From a virus, in the IMG/VR virus record IMGVR_UViG_3300010935_000116, positions 1-45,084 of that record: 45,084 bases of DNA, one strand, 5' to 3'. A program made the position numbers and the translations under genes. The notes under the pieces were generated by a model. That model had not been told where the DNA came from. It ran no database searches and was given only the letters and a program-made list of their open reading frames with translations. How positions within the stretch are numbered: the stretch's first letter is position 1; every line of letters starts with the position of its first letter. Below are positions 18,709-26,847 of the stretch, one piece after another.

Positions 18709-20085
18709 TTACGCTTTTACGTTGTATTCCTCAATAATAAGTTCGTCCTGCCCTCGGTGTACTTCCTCGATAAAACCTTGGTAGCCGTTTGCTTTGGCAA
18801 AGCTTACTATCGCATTAAGGCGGGCAGTACCTAAGCTTTCGCCCTGTGCTATCCTAAACACTTTTACAGTCGGGTTTTTAGCTATTATCAATTTAGCAGC
18901 CACTTCCATTTCTTGGCTGGTGCTTACTTCGCCACTTTTAAAAGGCACACCGTTTAAGCTTAAGCCCTCTTCCGTAAAGTCCAGCCCTTTTATTGGCAGT
19001 TCGCTTTCGTCGATAATGGTTTGGCGTTCGTTATGCAGCTTGGTTATATTGGCTTCCATTTTTTCCTTTTCCTTACTGCGCTTTTGCAGCACCGCCTTAT
19101 TTTCATTGTACTGCTTAACCTTAGCCACCTTTTCGTTATGCTCGCCAGCACCTTTAATCTGCTTTTCAATTTCAGCAATATCTGCGGGCTTATTTTCATT
19201 AAGCCAGTTATCAGCATCAGCCTTAAGCGTTTCCATTTCTTTGCGTTCATCAAGTACCGCCTGCTTAATACCAGCCTTTTTATCTTGCAGCAGCTTAAGC
19301 TTATCCTGCTGGCGTTTTATTTCTGCTTCTATTGTTTCAATATCCTGCTGTACCTCATTGCTGCGCTCTGCAATTATTTCAGCTTCATTAAAAGCAGCTA
19401 TTTCCTTGGTACGTTCCTGCTGGCGTTTTTCCACACCGTCCGCCTTTTCTTTTAAGGCAGTAGCATCTGCTTTTTCCTGTGCTAATTTTGTTAAATCCTG
19501 CGCCTTAACGTACTTCTTTATATCATCGGGTACTAAGCCGCTTTTATCAAGAAGATTGCCGTATGCTTTTATATCGGCGTTTACTTCCTTTCGGCTTTCC
19601 TTTATGCGCAGCACTTCGTTATCTATTGCAATAACTCTATCCTGTACCTGCTGCGGTAGCAAGCTTTTTACAATTTCCACCTGCTTACGTCTGCCGTCTG
19701 CCGTTTCGCTCCATTTAACAAACTCGTGCGCATCAAAGTCCTGGTACTTAAATATGCTTTGCAGGGCTGTTAAGCTATTGCTTTTTAAACCTGTGTCTTT
19801 TTTACCTACCGTTATCGTTCCCCTTGGGTTCTTTTCAGTAAAGCGTAATTCCACTTCGTAAGCATTGTCGCCCTCGCCTACGGTCATTTTTGCAAAGCCT
19901 TTTTCTTCGCCTTTTTTTAGTAGGTTATCGGTGCGCTGCCCAGTTAGTAAAGTTCCTATCGCATTAATAAGCGTGCTTTTGCCTATTTCGTTTTCCCCAG
20001 TTACAAGGTAAACGCCGCCCGAAAACTCGCCTTTGTAGTTTTCAATAGTTTTAAAATTCTGTAATTCAATTTCAGTAACGTGCAT
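18709..20085 (-). CDS. Rad50/SbcC-like (SMC-fold) ATPase
   Basis: The N-terminal LQNFKTIE...YLVTGENEIGKSTLINAI carries a Walker A motif, followed by about 250 aa of coiled coil. The C-terminal GEVSTSQEMEVAAKL...VKVFRIAQGESLG looks like degenerate signature and Walker B motifs. I start it at ATG 20085, just after the upstream stop, rather than at 20127. Confidence 0.7.
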   Translation of the reverse strand: MHVTEIELQNFKTIENYKGEFSGGVYLVTGENEIGKSTLINAIGTLLTGQRTDNLLKKGEEKGFAKMTVGEGDNAYEVELRFTEKNPRGTITVGKKDTGLKSNSLTALQSIFKYQDFDAHEFVKWSETADGRRKQVEIVKSLLPQQVQDRVIAIDNEVLRIKESRKEVNADIKAYGNLLDKSGLVPDDIKKYVKAQDLTKLAQEKADATALKEKADGVEKRQQERTKEIAAFNEAEIIAERSNEVQQDIETIEAEIKRQQDKLKLLQDKKAGIKQAVLDERKEMETLKADADNWLNENKPADIAEIEKQIKGAGEHNEKVAKVKQYNENKAVLQKRSKEKEKMEANITKLHNERQTIIDESELPIKGLDFTEEGLSLNGVPFKSGEVSTSQEMEVAAKLIIAKNPTVKVFRIAQGESLGTARLNAIVSFAKANGYQGFIEEVHRGQDELIIEEYNVKA

Positions 20086-20089
20086 AATA

Positions 20090-20464
20090 TTATTTTTTAG
20101 TGGTTTCGCAGCTTTGTGTATCTGCATTAAAATTTAGTCCTTTTTTCGCTCGCTTGTTTACAGCTTCATCTGTCGTACCGTAGTTAAGCATCCACGTGTT
20201 TCTTCCGTCGTGATCTAAAGGCAAATGCTGTATAAGATTTTCAGCAGCTTTTACCCTTGTAAGCCCGCTTTGTATTTCTGCTGCGCTTAGCTTTATTGCA
20301 GTAGCTTTTTCAAGCTGTTCGGTTTTAGCTTTTTCCTGCGTGTACCATTTCCAGTTCTGTGCCGCAGATGCTTCTGCTGCTGCCAGCTTTTCCTTTTTTT
20401 CTGCCAGTTCAATAGTTAAGTTTACTATGGCTTCTTTTAAATATTTCTGTTCTTGCTCTGTCAT
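20090..20464 (-). CDS. Coiled-coil hypothetical protein
   Basis: 124-aa ORF between the DUF932-like gene and the ATPase. Confidence 0.55.
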   Translation of the reverse strand: MTEQEQKYLKEAIVNLTIELAEKKEKLAAAEASAAQNWKWYTQEKAKTEQLEKATAIKLSAAEIQSGLTRVKAAENLIQHLPLDHDGRNTWMLNYGTTDEAVNKRAKKGLNFNADTQSCETTKK

Positions 20465-20475
20465 TTGTAAAGTAT

Positions 20476-20501
20476 AAAAGGGGCAGCTGGTTTGCTGCCC
20501 C
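20476..20501 (-). terminator. Hairpin with a short U-run (weak terminator or attenuator)
   Basis: GGGGCAGC-AAACCA-GCUGCCCC followed by UUUUAU on the minus transcript, 11 nt after the stop at 20512. Confidence 0.5.
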
Positions 20502-20511
20502 GTGGTTAATA

Positions 20512-21597
20512 TTATAAGCTAATTAATTGCCCAGCCAATTCGTTAAGTTCCTGTCTGCGGCGTTCGCCTATTTCATTACTTACGCTGGTAATGGCTTGGC
20601 TTAATTTCCAGCGTGTAGGCTTACCAGTAATGCCCTGCGCTTCATCGCTATTCATAAGGCGTTTTTCTACCTGTTCCACTTCGCTCTTAAGCATTCCCAT
20701 ACGTGGCAGCTTTTTAATTTCAGTATCTAAATCAATAAGTTCGCCGCTGGCTGCTTTAATAGCTGCCGCACTTTCCTTAATGCGCTCAACGCTTAACACG
20801 TTTTTCATAATGTCGCCCACAGCCGAAGCCATAGCGGCAGTATCAAGCCTGTACGTATTATCACTAAAACTTACATTATCGGGCAGCCTTTTACCAAGGT
20901 GTATCTGCTTAAGCTGGCTTTCGCTTACCATACCGTTAAGGCATACGCAATTCATTTGAAACGCTCTTACTTCAAGCGCACCGTCCCCGTAATCGCTGTT
21001 CGCAATACGTGCGCCGAAAACGCTATGCACCAGCCCGTTATTTTCTGTCGGTATTTCAAACACCTGCGGGATGATTGTGCTTATGTAGCTTTTAGTATCT
21101 GTATGCTCGGCTTCGTACAGCTGCGCACCTGCGTTACGGCTTTCCTCTATAAAGCTGGTGTAAATCTTATCGCTGTTAAGCCTGCGGTACTTATCGCTTA
21201 ATACTGCACGGGCTTGGTCGCCTACTGTTCTAATAAGCACACGCTGGCGGGCTATATTGTTTTTGTGGTCGGTAAGCACCTGCTGGGCTAATTTTCTGCC
21301 CCAGTCCGTGCTTGCCAATTCCTTAAGGTAACGCTGCGGCACGCCAAACTTTTCAGCCAGCTGCATAAGTGCGTTATGGTGCAGGCTATACTGCTGGTCG
21401 TTAAAATTCATTTTTATACTGCCATTTGCTTCAAACGTAAGCGGGCTGCTTACATTAAGCGGCAGTACGAAATCGGTAAGCAATCCGTTATCCCTTTCGA
21501 TACGCTCTAAAATTCCAGCGTTTCGTGATTGGCTGCGGTCTAAAAGGTTTGTAACCTTTTCCTGCAAAATTTGCTTTTTACTTGTTTCTGTACTCAT
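20512..21597 (-). CDS. DUF932-like protein
   Basis: 361 aa. ARAVLSDKYRRLNSDKI and ARIANSDYGDGALEVRAFQMNCVCLNGMV resemble the conserved DUF932 blocks (SdrY..., NShDGs...vC.NG). Confidence 0.5.
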   Translation of the reverse strand: MSTETSKKQILQEKVTNLLDRSQSRNAGILERIERDNGLLTDFVLPLNVSSPLTFEANGSIKMNFNDQQYSLHHNALMQLAEKFGVPQRYLKELASTDWGRKLAQQVLTDHKNNIARQRVLIRTVGDQARAVLSDKYRRLNSDKIYTSFIEESRNAGAQLYEAEHTDTKSYISTIIPQVFEIPTENNGLVHSVFGARIANSDYGDGALEVRAFQMNCVCLNGMVSESQLKQIHLGKRLPDNVSFSDNTYRLDTAAMASAVGDIMKNVLSVERIKESAAAIKAASGELIDLDTEIKKLPRMGMLKSEVEQVEKRLMNSDEAQGITGKPTRWKLSQAITSVSNEIGERRRQELNELAGQLISL

Positions 21598-21639
21598 AAC
21601 TGCTCTCGGTATTATGCCCCATCGGGGCGGGTTAAAATT

Positions 21640-21867
21640 CTATTTTATTAATCTTCCATTAAGCGGGAAAAGTTCGGTAGTAACTACCTGCCCCGCTTTT
21701 ATCTTTTTGCCGTTTTTAAATACTACTGCTTCGGTAAGTGCTTCGGTTTTGCGCCCGTGGTAGCCAAATATATCACGGTCTGCGCTTTCCAGCCTTACGC
21801 TGCCTTTGTACTTGCCGTCAACTAAGTAATCAACGGAGTAGCCTACTGTTTTGAATTTCGTAGCCAT
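21640..21867 (-). CDS. Hypothetical small protein
   Basis: 75-aa ORF, start coupled at 21867. Confidence 0.5.
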   Translation of the reverse strand: MATKFKTVGYSVDYLVDGKYKGSVRLESADRDIFGYHGRKTEALTEAVVFKNGKKIKAGQVVTTELFPLNGRLIK

Positions 21868-22109
21868 TACAGTAAAGTATTAAGTATTACCCTTTCCGTA
21901 GCAAACTCGCCAGCACCCTCGTAACCTTGGGTCTGATGATAATTGTTTACGTTAAAAAGCTGGTCGCTGGTTATTACGCAGCCCTCTTTTTTTGCTTGCA
22001 GCTGGCATATATTAATTACTTCATCTGCGCTATCTACTGCACCAATAATATCCCTGCTTTTAAAAGAGTGCTGGTTATCTGTTTTGTAAACTAAAAATAT
22101 CGCTTCCAT
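21867..22109 (-). CDS. Hypothetical small protein
   Basis: 80-aa ORF in a tight array. Confidence 0.5.
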   Translation of the reverse strand: MEAIFLVYKTDNQHSFKSRDIIGAVDSADEVINICQLQAKKEGCVITSDQLFNVNNYHQTQGYEGAGEFATERVILNTLL

Positions 22110-22110
22110 A

Positions 22111-22296
22111 TTAGTAAAGTTCTATATTGTTGTTTTCAAATAATTCCATACAGTCGTTCCATTGCTCGTCGTCCGTAAATATAAATATTGTACTGCCGTC
22201 GTTTTCAAAAGAAAAGCCTGCATCATTTAGTAATTCGTGTGCTGCTTTTGCATCACGTACACTTACTTCTATCGGGTTTAAATTTGTTGCTACCAT
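22111..22296 (-). CDS. Small strongly acidic protein, first gene after promoter repeat A
   Basis: 61 aa, strongly acidic by eye (D/E far outnumber K/R). It is preceded by the conserved CGAGAGC leader. Confidence 0.55.
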   Translation of the reverse strand: MVATNLNPIEVSVRDAKAAHELLNDAGFSFENDGSTIFIFTDDEQWNDCMELFENNNIELY

Positions 22297-22375
22297 TTTG
22301 CTCTCGGTTTTAATTATGGTGCTAAATTAAACTTTTTCTTTAATTGTCAAAACTTTCAAGAGTTAAAATTTTATT
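22297..22375 (-). promoter_or_regulatory. Promoter/operator-like repeat, copy A
   Basis: The minus strand reads TTTTGACAATTAAAGAAAAAGTTTAATTTAGC...AAAACCGAGAGCAAAATG. It has TTG(ACA), 18 nt, then TAATTTAG, plus the inverted repeat AATTAAA-N7-TTTAATT. Copies B and C are near-identical. Confidence 0.6.
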
Positions 22376-23905
22376 TTAATTTGCTCGGCGCACACCTTTC
22401 TTTTTAGGTCTGCCAAAATATTCGCCACAGGCATACCCTAATAAATCCACATATTCATCGTGCGAAGCTACTGGGTAACTTCCTATCTGCCCTATAAAGG
22501 TTTCGTTCCAGCCGCCTTTAATCAAGTACACACGCCCAGCTTCTACCCGTGGGCTTAATTCTGAAAGCCTTGCATCCTTGCCGTCCGTTACCAGCGACCC
22601 CTTTATTAGTATTGCGCTTAAGTCTGTTACTTCCTTAAGCATCTGCTCTAAACTATGCCCCGAAGCTTTTGGCTCAATATGTACACGGCTGCGGGACGTT
22701 GTACCCTGTATATCGCAATACCTTGGCACTTCTTTTAAAAGTTCGGGCATTTCTAAGTAATCGCTTTTTGCGTTCTTTATATACAGCCTATTGCGTTTTC
22801 TATCAAATCCGCAAACCATTAACCCAGTAGGGTCATTAACTGTTTTCTTAGTGTAAGCACCATCTACCCATAAATCCCATACAAGCCCGTCGGGTACATC
22901 GTAGGCATCCACATACTGCCACCATTCGTCTTTCACTTTTCCGCCGCCTTTTGGCGTTGGGTCTTGGTCGTACTGCCCTGCAAAGTCATAAACTCCCAGC
23001 AGCGTAGCCTGTTCCGATAATATCTTTTCGTTTAACCTGTTTGCATCCAGTAAACCATTTACGTAGTGCTTTCGTAGTTCGGGCGGTCTTACGTCCCCTG
23101 TGCTGCGTGCTGGTAGTTTTATATGCCTAATATTATCGGATATGCTTAACATATAGCCCGTCGGGTCTTCCTCGTGCAGCCGCTGCATTATCCCGATGGT
23201 GGGTGTAACTTCCTTATCCTTTTTACGGGTAGGCAGCACCTTACTTACGTGCCTGTTCGCTTTCTTACGTACCTGCTCGCTGTTTGCTTTTTCTACATCA
23301 ATTAAATCATCCCACAGTATAAGGTGGGCGTGCTTTCCAATAATCGCACCGCCTACAGAAGTAAAGAACCTTACGCCCCCGAAGTTATTACGCCAGTCCT
23401 TTTCGTTGTCTTTGGTAAAGGTTAAGTACTTGCCAAATTTTTGATAAATAGCAGGCTGAAAATATTTGTTCCAGCGTTCGCTTTTTATAACGTCCTTACT
23501 TTTCAAAGACTGGTCAACGCTTAAGTCGTTACTGTGCGTACTGGTTATAATTACAAAGTGCGGGGCGTGTACCCAAATCCAGCAGCCAAGCATTTGCGAT
23601 ACTATTGTGGATTTTGAAAGCCCTGGCGGTATATTAATAATAATATCGTTATCCTTTGGCTCTTTACGCATAGCCCTTTCGGCTACTTTTTGCAATTCAT
23701 CGCACAGGTATTTTATATGCCAGTTTAATTCCAGTTCGTTGTCTTGGTTTATTATGTCCCAAAATTCAACAAAGAACTCAAAAAAGCTGGCTTTGCATTC
23801 CGATGCCCTTATAGCGTATAGCTTTTCAAGTTCACGGGCTGCGCTTTCCAGCTGCTGCTTTTTTTTTAATATAAGTTTTTCATCATTCATCCGTGCTGCT
23901 TGCAT
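22376..23905 (-). CDS. terL: Terminase large subunit
   Basis: Walker A-like PPGLSKST, Walker B-like HLILWDDLID and the MQRLHEEDPTGY block, with a C-terminal nuclease-sized domain. It follows the small subunit. An alternative ATG lies at 23890. Confidence 0.85.
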   Translation of the reverse strand: MQAARMNDEKLILKKKQQLESAARELEKLYAIRASECKASFFEFFVEFWDIINQDNELELNWHIKYLCDELQKVAERAMRKEPKDNDIIINIPPGLSKSTIVSQMLGCWIWVHAPHFVIITSTHSNDLSVDQSLKSKDVIKSERWNKYFQPAIYQKFGKYLTFTKDNEKDWRNNFGGVRFFTSVGGAIIGKHAHLILWDDLIDVEKANSEQVRKKANRHVSKVLPTRKKDKEVTPTIGIMQRLHEEDPTGYMLSISDNIRHIKLPARSTGDVRPPELRKHYVNGLLDANRLNEKILSEQATLLGVYDFAGQYDQDPTPKGGGKVKDEWWQYVDAYDVPDGLVWDLWVDGAYTKKTVNDPTGLMVCGFDRKRNRLYIKNAKSDYLEMPELLKEVPRYCDIQGTTSRSRVHIEPKASGHSLEQMLKEVTDLSAILIKGSLVTDGKDARLSELSPRVEAGRVYLIKGGWNETFIGQIGSYPVASHDEYVDLLGYACGEYFGRPKKKGVRRAN

Positions 23906-24482
23906 TATCTACCTTACGCATATTTTTAAGCATACGGGCTTTTTCTTTTTCAATATCTTCCTCTGCCATTGGTGTCATTCCTACACCTACCGAGCCGCTA
24001 AACTCCACTTTTTTAGGTGCAGCGTAGCCCAGCAATTCCTTGCGCTTATCCATACAGGTAAGTATCTTATCCATAAAACGGGTATCGCCAAAAGTATCTT
24101 CAATGCTTCGCTCTTTTATTGTGCCACCACTTACCGCACCGCCTGCTGTGCTTCCGCCGTCGATTTTAGTAGTACGCTTACCGCCTTTGCTTTTTTCCCA
24201 AGCTGCCCACATTTCTGCTTCGATAACGTCCAGCTTTTTAAGTTCCCTATCCACTACAAGGTCGATAATATCCTTGCGTTCGTCTTGCCATTCCCGCAGG
24301 ATAGCCTTAACGTCGTGCGCTATCTGCCCAGTACTTTTAATTTCGTAGTCCTTGCCTGCTTCCTTGTTATGTTCCGCCAGCTTGGTAATCATATCCCTGT
24401 ACGAAATATTTTGCAGTAGCCACTTGGCTATTAAAGTTCTATCCTCTGCAATTTGTTTATCCGTTCGCTTTGTCGCTGCCAT
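23883..24482 (-). CDS. terS: Terminase small subunit (candidate)
   Basis: 199 aa, immediately upstream of and overlapping terL. The N-terminus is HTH-like (IAKWLLQNISYRDMITKL). Positional call. Confidence 0.6.
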   Translation of the reverse strand: MAATKRTDKQIAEDRTLIAKWLLQNISYRDMITKLAEHNKEAGKDYEIKSTGQIAHDVKAILREWQDERKDIIDLVVDRELKKLDVIEAEMWAAWEKSKGGKRTTKIDGGSTAGGAVSGGTIKERSIEDTFGDTRFMDKILTCMDKRKELLGYAAPKKVEFSGSVGVGMTPMAEEDIEKEKARMLKNMRKVDNASSTDE

Positions 24483-24495
24483 AGTTTTGTATTAA

Positions 24496-24753
24496 TTAAA
24501 GCCTGCTGCTTTCGTTATCTATTTGCTCATAAATTGCAGTATCTTTTTTGAGCATTTTTAAGAACATTTTTTGCTTAAACCCGCTGCAACTACTTAACTC
24601 AATATAAGTATATCCTTGGGGTTCAAATTTATGTTCTACCTCGTTAAGAACAGTAAAACCTGCTTGCTTAAGCAGGTTGTCAAATTTCTGTTTTAACTGT
24701 TCTGTGTCGGTGCTTTTAATCCAGCCCGAAAAATTCCAAATCTTCGCTATCAT
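24496..24753 (-). CDS. Truncated S-adenosylmethionine-decarboxylase-like (SpeH/SpeD beta-chain-like) protein
   Basis: 85 aa. LLKQAGFTVLNEVEHKFEPQGYTYIELSS parallels the AdoMetDC proenzyme N-terminal segment (...H.F.PqG.t...l.ES). The HTWPE alpha-chain region is absent. Confidence 0.4.
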   Translation of the reverse strand: MIAKIWNFSGWIKSTDTEQLKQKFDNLLKQAGFTVLNEVEHKFEPQGYTYIELSSCSGFKQKMFLKMLKKDTAIYEQIDNESSRL

Positions 24754-26065
24754 ATTCTAATTCTTTAAAGTTGTTTTGTATTTGCTTAGGGTCGCCCTTG
24801 TAAAATACTAATATATTTTGATGGCACTTGCCTATCTTTCTGTTTTTCATAAGCCTTGCAGCACGCTGCGGCAATGTACCAATAGGCTCAACGTAAATCA
24901 TTTCATTGTAAAGCATAGCACCAAAGCCCGTCCACATTCTGCGCATATCATCAACAAATAAACGGTAAGCACTATCTTTTCCCCTTATGTCGCCGACAAC
25001 TATAACGGCAAACCTGTTTTCCTTAAGCGCATTATACGATTTTTCAAAGGCAGTTTCAAGTATTTGCAAAAATTCTTTATAGCTGGCTTGGTTGCTTGCA
25101 TCCTGTTCCATATCGCTGTAAACCTCTAAATCAAAGTAAGGCGGGCAGCTAAAAAAAAGATCCTGCGAAAGCTGCTTAAAATGCTTATCCACATTTTGCC
25201 CGTCGTCGCAAATATATTCAGCAGGTAAGCCCGCAGCTTTTACACGCATATTATTTAAATCTGCCTGCTGCTGCCTTAACTCGATGCCTTTAAAGTTCAT
25301 ACCGTACCTGCCAGCTACAAAACCAAAAACAGTATCGCCAGCGAAACAATCAAAAGCGTTACCGCCTTTTATCCCATACCATAACGATACCAGTTCTGCC
25401 ATTACTGGGTCTAATATTGAAACACCGCTATTAATCTGCTCCATTATTGTGTCCTTTCCAAGCGTACCCTCACGGCTTTGCCCATCATCTTGAATTAAAG
25501 CTTTCCAGGCTTTTTTCCTTTGCATCCAGTAGCCTTTCCTGCTATCCAAAACACTAAACGGCGGCACTATAAATCTTTCCGTAAGTTTTCGGTGCGCTTC
25601 TGTTTGTTTGTCCTGCTTAAGCTGCATCGCTTTTAATTCAGTTTCAGGAACACCCCATTTATTTAAATCAACATCGCCCCAGTCATTTGAAAGTATTTCG
25701 TGCGACCAGTAACCTGTTAAGGCGTTTGCTGTAATATTGGCTTTTTCACGCTGTACTTCATTCCATCTTACAGCACGGTAATTAAATCGCTGGTTTTTCC
25801 AAATAACGAAACCCAGCTGCACAGTTCCCTGTTCGGTGGGTTTTTTAAATTCTTCCGTTATTTCAATTTCGCAATCTTTTAAGTTTATAATCTTACTGCG
25901 CTGGTTTCCGCTAATTATTTCGCCAGTATTTAGATCGTGAACGATACCACTAATATCGCCCAGTTCCTGCATATTTTTTTCAAGTTCCTTTTTTCTATCC
26001 TCGGTTATATGCCTGGGGTTTTTATGATACTCTTTTACATCAGTTAATTTATTCTTTTTTGCCAT
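24716..26065 (-). CDS. ParB-like N-terminal domain fused to an N6/N4 DNA methyltransferase
   Basis: The N-terminus YHKNPRHITEDRKKELEKNMQELG...ISGNQRSKI is ParB-like. Motif I is FDCFAGDTVFG and motif IV is FFSCPPYFD. I start it at ATG 26065 rather than GTG 26074. Confidence 0.75.
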   Translation of the reverse strand: MAKKNKLTDVKEYHKNPRHITEDRKKELEKNMQELGDISGIVHDLNTGEIISGNQRSKIINLKDCEIEITEEFKKPTEQGTVQLGFVIWKNQRFNYRAVRWNEVQREKANITANALTGYWSHEILSNDWGDVDLNKWGVPETELKAMQLKQDKQTEAHRKLTERFIVPPFSVLDSRKGYWMQRKKAWKALIQDDGQSREGTLGKDTIMEQINSGVSILDPVMAELVSLWYGIKGGNAFDCFAGDTVFGFVAGRYGMNFKGIELRQQQADLNNMRVKAAGLPAEYICDDGQNVDKHFKQLSQDLFFSCPPYFDLEVYSDMEQDASNQASYKEFLQILETAFEKSYNALKENRFAVIVVGDIRGKDSAYRLFVDDMRRMWTGFGAMLYNEMIYVEPIGTLPQRAARLMKNRKIGKCHQNILVFYKGDPKQIQNNFKELEYDSEDLEFFGLD

Positions 26066-26097
26066 TTGTCGCACTTTCTTTTATTGTTAATATATAC

Positions 26098-26679
26098 TTA
26101 TGAAAACAGATTAAAAACCCACTTAAAAGCGTTGAAAAGTAATATCGCAATTCCTATTCCTACGACAAAGATAACAAACAAAACAAAACAGCCTTTTCTT
26201 ACCGCTTCGTTATTATACTTTCCCATCATTTCAGCTTTTACTTCCTGGTTTAAAATTGCGCTACTATTGTAAGGAACGAACTCTAAATTATCCATTACTA
26301 AATTCCATATCCCCAGCTGTCCTTTAACTGGGTATTCTACCAACCTGGTAGGTTCTTTTAAAAACCAACCATAACCAGTAAGCCCGATGCGGTCTTTTGC
26401 TGGTATCTTTGTTAATTCCCATTCCTCTGCTGTTAAATCTTCCAGGGGTTTGGTTTTATATAAGTCAACTATTGCCAGGATGCAGCCGCTTTGCATTTCT
26501 TGTATTTCAGGCTTTTGGCTGCTGCAAATAACTAATTCACCCCTGTAATTTGTGTTCTTACTTCTTACCTCTATTTTCTTTAAGCCCTGGGCAATCCATT
26601 CGGCGTAAGGATTTTTTACAGTTAATGCTTTTTTCATTTCGTGCAAATCGCTGTTATAATCTTCTTTTTTGTGTTGCAT
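26098..26679 (-). CDS. ASCH (PUA-like) domain protein with a C-terminal transmembrane segment
   Basis: ALTVKNPYAEWIAQGLKKIEVRSKNTNYRGELVICSS ... VKGQLGIWNL fits the ASCH pattern. The C-terminal CFVLFVIFVVGIGIAILLF is hydrophobic. Confidence 0.55.
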   Translation of the reverse strand: MQHKKEDYNSDLHEMKKALTVKNPYAEWIAQGLKKIEVRSKNTNYRGELVICSSQKPEIQEMQSGCILAIVDLYKTKPLEDLTAEEWELTKIPAKDRIGLTGYGWFLKEPTRLVEYPVKGQLGIWNLVMDNLEFVPYNSSAILNQEVKAEMMGKYNNEAVRKGCFVLFVIFVVGIGIAILLFNAFKWVFNLFS

Positions 26680-26682
26680 AAT

Positions 26683-26847
26683 TTATTTATTTAAAATAAG
26701 TATTTCTCTGAATTTAGAAAGCAGATAACTCTGTTCTTTAAAAGTATAATTATCTGCTTTCGCTATAACGTAATCAAGGCATTCAGAAACCAGCCCCTTA
26801 TTATTGCCTGCTGCTTCTATCTTAATTACTAATTTATTAAAAGTCAT
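26683..26847 (-). CDS. Small ORF below the track threshold (54 aa)
   Basis: My own translation gives MTFNKLVIKIEAAGNNKGLVSECLDYVIAKADNYTFKEQSYLLSKFREILILNK. It has a TAATG overlap with the ssb stop and ends 3 nt before the next ATG. Confidence 0.45.
   Translation of the reverse strand: MTFNKLVIKIEAAGNNKGLVSECLDYVIAKADNYTFKEQSYLLSKFREILILNK

Noticed and set aside
21616-21628. The hairpin GCCCCATCGGGGC upstream of the DUF932-like gene as a terminator
   Set aside because: No U-run follows it on the coding strand. It sits just before the CGAGAGC leader, so at most it is a structural element of the 5' UTR.
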